Shown one piece after another: positions 7,668 to 15,834 of a DNA stretch of 64,000 nucleotides. Below the pieces are notes generated by a model. The model saw nothing but the letters and a program-made list of their open reading frames with translations, made no database searches and was not told where the DNA came from. A program made the position numbers and the translations under genes. Within the stretch, counting starts at the first letter, position 1; each line of letters starts with the position of its first letter. The stretch comes from an uncultured Pseudomonadota bacterium (lineage in GTDB: Bacteria > Pseudomonadota > Gammaproteobacteria > Berkiellales > Berkiellaceae), in assembly GCA_963829835.1 (NCBI GenBank), contig CAWHKC010000002.1, forward strand, positions 6,279 to 70,278, given 5' to 3'.

Positions 7668-10108
7668 AATGCTTGGCTTCCTAAAGGATAATCCGAGGGA
7701 AATTCATCTACAGCGATTGCTTTTTCACGTAAAATTTCAAATTCCTGTAGCAGGACTAATTCTTCATGAGTAATAATTTGTTTCAGTAATCCTGCTTGTA
7801 GCTTTTGTTCAAAATTTAGATTCTTATTAATTTGTTTGCTAGAAATGGCCAATGCTATTTTTGACATTGCAGGCTGGACTTCAATTAATTTTGCGAATGT
7901 TATTTCCATTAAGCCTGTTGGATCTTCTTTTGTTTTGCCGATATAACATAAATCCGTCAAGCGGCTTCTTGCATCTGAATTGGTCAACATCATTTTTACA
8001 CAATGGTGCCCTAATTTGTCTTTTGGCAAAGAGAAAGCTTTACCATAGGGGAAAATAAACCACTTCAACATTGACCCAACATAACTGGGTGTAAAATTAT
8101 CAAAAAGGCCATAAAACGCTTCTTGTGCTTGAAACAGACAGGTTTGCAATGACCATTCTACCAGTGGCCAATCTGTTGAAGGACGTCCTTGATCTGCAAA
8201 ATATTTTAAAACCGCAGATGCTAAGTAAAGTTGACTTAAAACATCTCCTAGCCTAGCTGAAAGATACTCTTTACGTTTTAATTCCCCACCTAAAGTTAGC
8301 ATTGCAATGTCTGCGCTTACCGAGAGTGCGGAACTTAACCAATTTATTTTTTTGATATAAGGTCTTATTTTATGATCACCAAATACCAAGCTCAAATGCC
8401 CTCGGCTTAAAGATAAAGTGAAACATCTCACAATATTTGACATGAAGTAGCCAACATGCTTGATAAACTTCTTATCAAATAATTTGAGTGCTTTCTCTGG
8501 GTCTGTAGTGTGAAGTTGAGCTGCCATCATTTCTTCTTTTGCAAAAGGATGACAACGTATCGCACCTTGACCAAATATCATTAAACTTCTTGTTAAGATA
8601 TTAGCGCCTTCTACTGTAATACTGACAGGGATGCTTTGGTATGCTCTAGCAAGATAATTTGAGTGTCCCAACATTATTCCCCGCCCACCATGGATATCCA
8701 TAGCATCATTAATCACTTTGCGAGACATTTCCGTCATATGATATTTTGCAATCGCAGTAGCCACAGCAGGTTTAATACCCTGCCCTATTCCCCCTGCCGT
8801 TAAAAGGCGCGTTGCTTGCATGATATAGGTTAATCCAACTATTCTCGCAAGAGCTTGTTCAACACCTTCAAAAGAGCCGATGGGCACATTAAACTGTCTA
8901 CGAATAGCGGCATAAGCGCCTGTCATTTTCACGCTCAGCATTCCTGATGCAGTGCTTAGGGCTGGTAACGAAATACCTCTGCCTGCAGATAAGCATTCCA
9001 TCAACATTCTCCAACCTTGCCCTGCCATTTTTGGTCCACCAATAATCCAATCAACAGGTACAAAAACATCATTGCCTCGAATGGGCCCATTCATAAAGGC
9101 CATATTTAAAGGTAAATGACGATCACCAACTTCAACGCCAGGATGGCTAGTGGGTATAAGACACAGTGTAATGCCAAGTTCTGATTTATCAGACAATAAA
9201 TGCTCAGGATCGAACATTTTGAAAGCCAGGCCAAATACCGTCGCCACCGGTGCTAATGTAATATAGCGTTTATCAAAGGTGAGTCTAATACCAATAACTT
9301 CTTTACCCTCAAAAAGACCTTTGCATACAATCCCTTTATCTAAAATTGCACCAGCGTCACTCCCTGCTTCTGGGCTTGTTAAAGCAAAACAGGGGATTTC
9401 TTTACCACTTGCAAGGCGTGGCAAATAATATTTTTTCTGTTCTTTAGTACCATAGTGTAAAAGTAGCTCAGCGGGTCCTAAAGAGTTAGGAACCATAGCT
9501 GTTACTGCTGCGCTGACGCTTCTTGTCGCAATTTTAGTGATAACGGTTGAATGCGCTACAGGTGAAAACTCTAAGCCACCATATTCTTTAGGAATAATCA
9601 TACCAAAGAATTTTTCTGATTTAAGATATTCCCAAGCTTTAAGAGATAAATCACAGTCTTCATGAACAATTTTCCAATCATCTAACATATCGCAAAGCGT
9701 TTCTACTTGATTATCGACAAATGCTTGTTCTACCACACTCAGAGTGGGTTTTGGCATTTTGTATAATCGTCGCCAATGTGGCTTTCCTTGGAACAGTTCT
9801 TTTTCCCACCAAACATCACCTGCTTCAATTGCTTCTTTTTCAGTGACACTCATTGGTGGCAAAACGCCACGAAACCAATCAAAGATTGGTGCTGTTAAAT
9901 GACGGCGAAGTGGTGGCAGATTTAAAGGGATAATAATAAGTAAAAATATGGGCAAAATAAACCAGGCAGATAACCCTATCAAATGATAATGATAGAGTGA
10001 ATATAAGATGACAGGAACCAATACTGTCCATAGCAACAGAGGGATTCGAAAAAAAGCTATTCCCCAAATTAAAAAGATGCTTAAACATAATTGGGAAAGT
10101 CCGCTCAT
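7631..10108 (-). CDS. fadE: Long-form membrane-anchored acyl-CoA dehydrogenase
   Basis: 825 aa, N-terminal TM helices, VPNSLGPAELL, FALTSPEAGSDA and EGANILTR motifs. Confidence 0.93.
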   Translation of the reverse strand: MSGLSQLCLSIFLIWGIAFFRIPLLLWTVLVPVILYSLYHYHLIGLSAWFILPIFLLIIIPLNLPPLRRHLTAPIFDWFRGVLPPMSVTEKEAIEAGDVWWEKELFQGKPHWRRLYKMPKPTLSVVEQAFVDNQVETLCDMLDDWKIVHEDCDLSLKAWEYLKSEKFFGMIIPKEYGGLEFSPVAHSTVITKIATRSVSAAVTAMVPNSLGPAELLLHYGTKEQKKYYLPRLASGKEIPCFALTSPEAGSDAGAILDKGIVCKGLFEGKEVIGIRLTFDKRYITLAPVATVFGLAFKMFDPEHLLSDKSELGITLCLIPTSHPGVEVGDRHLPLNMAFMNGPIRGNDVFVPVDWIIGGPKMAGQGWRMLMECLSAGRGISLPALSTASGMLSVKMTGAYAAIRRQFNVPIGSFEGVEQALARIVGLTYIMQATRLLTAGGIGQGIKPAVATAIAKYHMTEMSRKVINDAMDIHGGRGIMLGHSNYLARAYQSIPVSITVEGANILTRSLMIFGQGAIRCHPFAKEEMMAAQLHTTDPEKALKLFDKKFIKHVGYFMSNIVRCFTLSLSRGHLSLVFGDHKIRPYIKKINWLSSALSVSADIAMLTLGGELKRKEYLSARLGDVLSQLYLASAVLKYFADQGRPSTDWPLVEWSLQTCLFQAQEAFYGLFDNFTPSYVGSMLKWFIFPYGKAFSLPKDKLGHHCVKMMLTNSDARSRLTDLCYIGKTKEDPTGLMEITFAKLIEVQPAMSKIALAISSKQINKNLNFEQKLQAGLLKQIITHEELVLLQEFEILREKAIAVDEFPSDYPLGSQALCKTNKMNTQVG

Positions 10109-10177
10109 ATTCTTTGTTCCTCTTTCTGCCCTGAAATAGGATGTTTACTTAAATGAAATTAGAATCAGGCCAGATCC

Positions 10178-10241
10178 GTAGGGTGGGTAAAGCGAAGCGT
10201 GCCCACCATCTCGTGGGCACGCTACGCTTTGCCCACCCTAC
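10178..10241. repeat. GTAG-family REP doublet (REPIN-like)
   Basis: gtagggtgggtaaagcgaagcgtgcccac (10178-10206) and its inverse gtgggcacgctacgctttgcccaccctac (10213-10241), 2 mismatches. Confidence 0.88.
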
Positions 10242-10448
10242 AACTGACTCTTAAGTTCGTGCAAGGTATCTCAAGGAGTATAGTAACGGACCTTGATTTT
10301 AAAAGAAATTAAAGAGTATACCTACACGATTTAGTTTACTAGATGACATCACAGTTCTAGTAGTGGTATGTTAATAGTAAGACTCACGTTATAGTGAAAC
10401 TGATGACGCTTAACGCAGTTTTATAAGTTCTTGATTAAGGAGCCTAAG

Positions 10449-10769
10449 ATGCGTCACCATGAACGACCAGATATCGGAGATTGGTATAAAAACCAGGATT
10501 ATAACAATATTTTTGAAGTAGTCGCTTCTGACGAAGGTGACGACTATGTGGAAGTACAGTATTTTGCTGGTGAAATCGAAGAGTTTGATATTGAAACATG
10601 GTATGAACTTGACTTAAAACGCATCCCAGCCCCAGAAGACTGGTCAGGACCTTATGAAGTTGCTCGAGAAGATCTTGGTTATTCTGATGAAACAATTCAT
10701 CCTGAAGACTGGTCTGGCCCTTTAAGTGAAATTGAACCTAACGACCCACCTTCCAGAAATGAAAATTGA
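10449..10769 (+). CDS. Small acidic hypothetical protein, DUF6763-like
   Basis: IGDWY..., FEVVASD, EVQYFAGEIEEFDIETW and PEDWSGP motifs (PEDWSGP occurs twice). AAGGAG RBS before ATG at 10449. Confidence 0.65.
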   Translation: MRHHERPDIGDWYKNQDYNNIFEVVASDEGDDYVEVQYFAGEIEEFDIETWYELDLKRIPAPEDWSGPYEVAREDLGYSDETIHPEDWSGPLSEIEPNDPPSRNEN

Positions 10770-10771
10770 CG

Positions 10772-10791
10772 CTATCCTATTAGTAGGATAG
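10772..10791 (+). terminator. Hairpin after the DUF6763-like gene
   Basis: ctatccta-ttag-taggatag, a perfect 8-bp stem just after the stop; U-tract is weak. Confidence 0.4.
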
Positions 10792-10997
10792 AAATGAGAT
10801 TCCTCTTTGTTTTTGTGTGAAAAGCTTGGCAACATCAACCCTTTTCATCTTGCATTGCACTAAATTTTGCTAATTTGGTGATCTCATTTTAATATTGATA
10901 TATGAAATAAATTATTATTTATGCTAGAAATTCGTTATATTCTTTAAAGTAGTGTGAGCGTAGTTGGCGAACTCTAGATCCGATAGCTATACTGGTT

Positions 10998-11013
10998 CTG
11001 TACCTTTGAACAG
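10998..11013. promoter_or_regulatory. SOS (LexA) box, gammaproteobacterial type
   Basis: CTGT-acctttga-ACAG (CTGT-N8-ACAG), 12 bp upstream of the lexA ATG. Confidence 0.75.
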
Positions 11014-11025
11014 GGAAGCAAAGTT

Positions 11026-11655
11026 ATGCCTACAAGTTCCTCTCCACAATCCATGAGTCTCACTCGTCGCCAAACTGAAGTCCTACAAGTTATTCGCAAT
11101 CATATTGAGAAAACTGGTGCTCCTCCAACTCGCGCTGAAATTGCTAAAACCTTAGGGTTTCGCTCTGTCAACGCAGCTGAGGATCATTTGAAAGCACTTG
11201 CGCGCAAAGGTGCCATCACTCTCGCGCCAGGTACTTCAAGGGGAATTCAATTAGCAAAAGAACATGGTATTGGTTTACCTATTGTAAAAACACACAGTGC
11301 TGATGGTCCCGTTTATGCTGAGAAAAATTTTGACGGCAGGATGCGCATTCAAAATGAATTCTTTAGCCCAAAACCTGATTACTTATTACAAGTTCAGGGA
11401 ATAAGTTTGATGGGCGCAGGAATCAAGGATGGTGATCTCTTAGCTGTTCATTGTTGTGATCATGCTGATAATGGAAAAATTATTATTGCTCGTGTGAATA
11501 ACAAGATCGTTGTTAGACGTTATTTCCGTCATGGCGATCAAATCGAGTTAAGAGCAGAGAACACTGATCATTCTCCCATCTACTTAAATGCAAATATGCA
11601 GCCTCTTGTTATTGAGGGAGTAGGTGTGGGTGTAATTAGAACGACCAGCTTATAA
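11026..11655 (+). CDS. lexA: LexA-family repressor with degenerate autocleavage determinants
   Basis: LTRRQ..., PPTRAEIA..LGFRSVNAAEDHLKALARKG, SRGI wHTH domain. C-terminal S24 domain has GISL (Ser kept), but VVRR replaces VTVKR and SADGP replaces AAGEP. Confidence 0.93.
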   Translation: MPTSSSPQSMSLTRRQTEVLQVIRNHIEKTGAPPTRAEIAKTLGFRSVNAAEDHLKALARKGAITLAPGTSRGIQLAKEHGIGLPIVKTHSADGPVYAEKNFDGRMRIQNEFFSPKPDYLLQVQGISLMGAGIKDGDLLAVHCCDHADNGKIIIARVNNKIVVRRYFRHGDQIELRAENTDHSPIYLNANMQPLVIEGVGVGVIRTTSL

Positions 11656-11674
11656 TTTGTTGTTAGAACTTTTG

Positions 11675-11713
11675 TAAGTCCAAGTAACTCCTTTAGAGAA
11701 AAGCTTGGACTTA
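11675..11713. terminator. Stem-loop between convergent genes (possible bidirectional terminator)
   Basis: taagtccaag (11675-11684) / cttggactta (11704-11713) inverted repeat with an inner ctc/gag pair. Confidence 0.45.
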
Positions 11714-11725
11714 TAGTTGTTTAGA

Positions 11726-11920
11726 TCACTTGCTGTGAGCTGATTCTTGTTTTTGTTTAAATCCAATTAAGGCGTTGTAATTTTCGAACGCCTTTTCTTT
11801 TCTTTCCCAGTTATTAATTGTGGGTTTTTTGACATAGGCTTCTGCGGCATAAGCGTAGACTTGATAGAGTTTTTGTTGAACTTCAATCCTTTGATTTGTT
11901 CCTTGTTCTGTTTGCAGCAC
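11726..11920 (-). CDS. Small hypothetical protein (64 aa)
   Basis: GTG start with AGAGGGG RBS; fills an otherwise empty gap; no family recognised. Confidence 0.5.
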   Translation of the reverse strand: MLQTEQGTNQRIEVQQKLYQVYAYAAEAYVKKPTINNWERKEKAFENYNALIGFKQKQESAHSK

Positions 11921-12131
11921 GATTCATCCCCTCTAAAATCTGAAAAACATAACTGTTAAAAGACTCTACTTATTTCGCATCATATTGCATTCAGGGTGTA
12001 ATCGCAAACATTAAATGGCCAATATCTCACACGTTTTCAGGGCCTTGGGGAATGTTAGGAGCTTGATTGAAATAACAGTAAGTTAGAGTATATACTAAGA
12101 GTAATAAAGCCTTGGCAAGGGGGAGCTTAGT

Positions 12132-13082
12132 ATGACTAAGAAAGGTGTAAGTACACTTTCTGAAGCAACTACTTGGCTTCAAGCTTTGATTAATCCAGAC
12201 TCGCTTGATCGTCGGCGTACTCTTCAACTCGAAGAAAGAGCCGCTCAACAAGCTTATGTAAGAAATCTAGCAGTTCAAAAAGCAAAAAGTCCTGAGGCAC
12301 CAAAGGATGATAGCCTTTTCAAAATGAAACAGCTTGCTGGAACTTATAAATGCAAGATTGCTAATGATGAATTTCCAAAAGGCTCAGAGGTTCAATGGAT
12401 CCAAACCATCAAATCAATTGACTACAAAGATAATGATATCGACCATCAAAATGCCGATGCTATTTTGCGACAGATAGAGAAAGTTGATTCTGTTACGGCT
12501 AAGGGTTTAGCTGAAAAAGCAGTTCAATTGGAAACCAAAGATCAACAAGCTGGACCTAAACGAGATATTAATGGCAAATTTATTGAACAAATTTTGCACG
12601 ATCTTGAAAATTCTTCCTCACAATCTTTGATTGTGAATTTAAGTAATCCTAAAAATGAAACAGCACCATTAGCATTTGCAATTCTTAAGGGTGAAAATGG
12701 TCTTTGGTTGCATGATTCCAAACTGGGCTCTTCTATCTATTTTAAAAATACTGAAACTGAAAATTTTAAGAAATTTTTAGTTGATCATATACGACTTAAT
12801 CATCAAGGTTTTAACAAAGGTTCTATTGTGCATGTTGGTAATAAAGAAACATTGAAAAAAGAAAAGGACGCCAATCTATCCAATACACAAACACACAGAC
12901 ATGATACTGTCGCTTTGGGGCGAAAAGCAGCCGCCGACGCGACAGCGACAGCGACAGCGACACCGACAGCGACACCGACAGCGACAGCGGCACCGACACC
13001 GGCAGATCAAGCAAAACCAGATAGAAGAAAGCTCCCCCAGCCAACCGATCCTAAGAGTCGCCCCAAAAAGGGTAATTTTTAG
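12132..13082 (+). CDS. Hypothetical protein, candidate secreted effector with Ala/Thr/Pro repeat tail
   Basis: 316-aa ORF with GGGGAG RBS; central segment resembles the YopT/C58 C-terminal strands; low-complexity tail. Confidence 0.75.
   Translation: MTKKGVSTLSEATTWLQALINPDSLDRRRTLQLEERAAQQAYVRNLAVQKAKSPEAPKDDSLFKMKQLAGTYKCKIANDEFPKGSEVQWIQTIKSIDYKDNDIDHQNADAILRQIEKVDSVTAKGLAEKAVQLETKDQQAGPKRDINGKFIEQILHDLENSSSQSLIVNLSNPKNETAPLAFAILKGENGLWLHDSKLGSSIYFKNTETENFKKFLVDHIRLNHQGFNKGSIVHVGNKETLKKEKDANLSNTQTHRHDTVALGRKAAADATATATATPTATPTATAAPTPADQAKPDRRKLPQPTDPKSRPKKGNF
12939..13004 (+). repeat. In-frame 6-bp tandem repeat (11 units, g/c-cg-a/g-ca)
   Basis: gcgaca x4, ccgaca, gcgaca, ccgaca, gcgaca, gcggca, ccgaca, ccggca; encodes ATATATATPTATPTATAAPTPA. 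Confidence 0.9.
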
Positions 13083-13645
13083 ACTTTACCTAAAAAACCT
13101 TTCAGCATCTCATGACCATGTTCTGTTAATACCGATTCTGGATGAAACTGAACACCAACTAAGGGATAGGTTTGATGTTGTATAGCCATGATCTCATCTT
13201 GTGCGGTGCTAGCTGTCACTTTAAGTTCTTTGGGTAAAGAGCCATTTTCAACTATCAAAGAATGATAACGTGCAACCGTTAAGGGATTAGGTAAGTTACT
13301 AAAAATACCCTTTTCATCGTGAGTCACCTTTTCGGATTTACCATGCTTGGGATATTGGGCTCGAACTATCTTTCCTCCACAGGCCTGGGCAATGGCTTGG
13401 TGCCCTAAACAAACACCTAATATAGGAATGATGCTCATAAAGGTTTTTATCAGTTCAAGGGATATACCCGCTTCATTAGGAGAACACGGACCAGGGGAAA
13501 TAATGATATGGCTTGGGGCCATTTGCTTGATATCAGCGATGGTGATTTTGTCATTACGATGGACTGCTGCTTCATAGCCCAACTCCACGACATAGCGCGC
13601 TAAGTTGAAAACAAAGGAATCGTAATTATCGATAATCAATATCAT
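13079..13645 (-). CDS. pabA: Aminodeoxychorismate/anthranilate synthase component II (glutamine amidotransferase)
   Basis: IDNYDSF, SPGP, GVCLGHQ, RYHSL and QFHPES motifs; pabA versus trpG cannot be resolved from sequence alone. Confidence 0.9.
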   Translation of the reverse strand: MILIIDNYDSFVFNLARYVVELGYEAAVHRNDKITIADIKQMAPSHIIISPGPCSPNEAGISLELIKTFMSIIPILGVCLGHQAIAQACGGKIVRAQYPKHGKSEKVTHDEKGIFSNLPNPLTVARYHSLIVENGSLPKELKVTASTAQDEIMAIQHQTYPLVGVQFHPESVLTEHGHEMLKGFLGKV

Positions 13646-13779
13646 CTAGTAGGTCAGTTTGTTTACTGTTAACTGTTCAAGATAGTAACACAGAGTTCTT
13701 TCGATTTGAAATCCTATAGGATAGGATAAGACCAATGAATTCGACTACCCAACAATAATTCTAATAGAGTATTAAAAGA

Positions 13780-15741
13780 ATGATTTCGCCTACATGGAAA
13801 GTTTCAATTGTTTTTTTATTAACCTTTTTTGGCTTAGCCGCTCAAGCTGAACCCCTAGCGCCAGATGATTTGGCTTCACAAAGAGCGATTTATATTCGAG
13901 CCGAACATGCTCTGAAAAAACATGATCATGCAAATTATGAGCGGTTATCTCAAAAAATTACTACTTACCCGCTTTATCCTTATTTAGTTTATGATGATTT
14001 AAAACGAAAAATTCAATCCGATAATCCGAATCATATTAGCTATGATCGCATTAAACAATTCCAACAAAATTTCCCAGATTTCCCTTTTAATAAAGCATTA
14101 CATAACATCTGGTTAACAAAATTAGCTAAGACTAAACATTGGGAACAATATGTCAAAAGCTATCAACCAAGTGATAATGAAGAGCTTAGTTGTTACTACC
14201 ATTATGGCCAATACCAACTGACAAAAGAAGTTGCCCATCTTGAAAAAGCAAAAGAATACTGGTTAGTGGGACATTCTCAACCTGAAAGCTGCGAACGACT
14301 TTTTTCTGCTTGGTCAAAGACAGGCGGCCTAACCCAAAGTCTTATTTGGGAAAGATTTAGATTAGCTATGAATGAAAAAAATATCACTTTGTCGAAACAT
14401 TTAATTAAACAAATGTCTCCGGTAGAACGACAAGCCGCTTTGCAATGGGAAAAATTAGTCAAAAATCCGAATTTAATAACATCTGACAAATTTCTTGATA
14501 GTTTACAAGCTTCAGATAAAATCGAAGCGCAAATAGTCACTCATGGCCTTCAACTCTTGGCCAAAAAAGATCCCAAAAAAGCAATGAGTACCTGGAAAGA
14601 ACTTAAAAGTGAATTCTATTTTACTGATATTCAACAAAATATGATCCAAAGAGATATTGGTGTCTATCTTTCCCATCAAAGAAGTCCTTTAGCCAAAGAA
14701 TGGCTTGCTCAGTTACCGAATAAAGCTTTAGATAGCACCGCTTTAGAGTGGCGTATACGTTTAGCCTTAAGCGAACAAGATTGGCCAAGTGTTTTAAAAT
14801 GGATCGATTCTCTCACTCCTGAACTTAAAGCAGATAAAAGTTGGCTCTATTGGAAAGCCCGTGCTTTAGAAGGCACCGGTAATCAAGCACAAGCGATACC
14901 CATTTATCAACAACTCGCTAACACAAGAAACTATTATGGTTTTGTGTCCAGTTTGCGCTTAAAACAACCCATTTCTATAAAACATCAAATAGCCGAAATA
15001 GATCCAGTCGTTCAAAAACGTGTTTCAAATCTGCCTGCGATAAAACGTTTCCAAGAACTCCAGTTACTGGGAAAAGATGCTGTAGGACGTGTTGAATGGT
15101 TTCGAGCACTCAATAAAATGAATGAGCAAGAGATCCTAGCTGCGGCCAAAATTGCCCAAAACATGAACTTACATGATATTGCTATTTTTACGATGTCTAG
15201 AGCAGATTTTAAAGATGATGTTCCTTTGCGCTTTCCCCTTGCTCATAAGAAAGAAATTGTCACTAATGCGAATAAACATAATATCGATCCTGCTTGGATT
15301 TTTGCTATAGCACGTCAAGAAAGTGCTTTTTTCAATGAAGCTATTTCAAGTGCTGGCGCAAGAGGGATCTTACAATTGCTCCCCTCCACCGCTAAAACCT
15401 TAGCTAAAAAACATGATATTCCCTATGATTCAGAATTTTCATTACACGAAATTGAGATTAATGTTCAACTGGGAGCAGTCTATTTAAACAATCTGAAAAA
15501 GCAAATGCAAAATCACCCTATTTTAGCAACGGCTGCTTATAATGCTGGCCCTACGCGTGCTTCTGTCTGGTTACCCACCACTACTCAAGAAGCGGATATC
15601 TGGATTGAAAACATACCTTATAAAGAAACCAGAGAATACGTTAAAAATGTATTGGCATTTACCAGCATCTATCGCTCACGTTTGGGTTACCCTGCAGCAC
15701 TGTCGCTGATGATGAAGCCGATACCAGCTAAGAAAACATAA
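13780..15741 (+). CDS. slt: Soluble lytic murein transglycosylase (Slt70-like)
   Basis: Signal peptide, YPLYPYL, YYGF, ARQESAF (catalytic Glu), GILQLLP, AAYNAGP and ETREYV motifs. Confidence 0.93.
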   Translation: MISPTWKVSIVFLLTFFGLAAQAEPLAPDDLASQRAIYIRAEHALKKHDHANYERLSQKITTYPLYPYLVYDDLKRKIQSDNPNHISYDRIKQFQQNFPDFPFNKALHNIWLTKLAKTKHWEQYVKSYQPSDNEELSCYYHYGQYQLTKEVAHLEKAKEYWLVGHSQPESCERLFSAWSKTGGLTQSLIWERFRLAMNEKNITLSKHLIKQMSPVERQAALQWEKLVKNPNLITSDKFLDSLQASDKIEAQIVTHGLQLLAKKDPKKAMSTWKELKSEFYFTDIQQNMIQRDIGVYLSHQRSPLAKEWLAQLPNKALDSTALEWRIRLALSEQDWPSVLKWIDSLTPELKADKSWLYWKARALEGTGNQAQAIPIYQQLANTRNYYGFVSSLRLKQPISIKHQIAEIDPVVQKRVSNLPAIKRFQELQLLGKDAVGRVEWFRALNKMNEQEILAAAKIAQNMNLHDIAIFTMSRADFKDDVPLRFPLAHKKEIVTNANKHNIDPAWIFAIARQESAFFNEAISSAGARGILQLLPSTAKTLAKKHDIPYDSEFSLHEIEINVQLGAVYLNNLKKQMQNHPILATAAYNAGPTRASVWLPTTTQEADIWIENIPYKETREYVKNVLAFTSIYRSRLGYPAALSLMMKPIPAKKT

Positions 15742-15834
15742 TTTTCTTATATTTATATACAGGACTCAATCCGCGATTCTATGACTTAATCTATATTTTA
15801 TAAAAGCCCTTTTCATTTTACACCAGGATATTAA

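Noticed and set aside
744-9999. Multiple short plus-strand ORFs within the fad genes (e.g. 744-1175, 1461-1814, 4878-5255, 7411-7773)
   Set aside because: Antisense shadows of well-supported genes; no RBS or motif support.
10339-10354. CTAG-N8-ACAG upstream of fadE as a LexA site linking LexA to beta-oxidation
   Set aside because: Two mismatches in the essential CTGT half-site; expected by chance.
12027-12251. 74-aa minus-strand ORF
   Set aside because: Overlaps the start and promoter of the 12132 gene on the opposite strand; no motif.
12939-13004. Tandem repeats as a CRISPR array (also considered for 27578-27661)
   Set aside because: Contiguous in-frame microsatellite-type units without spacers; no cas genes.
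12823-13185. ORFs with SLSVSL or RQRHRQ repeats
   Set aside because: Alternative-frame readings of the 6-bp tandem repeat.
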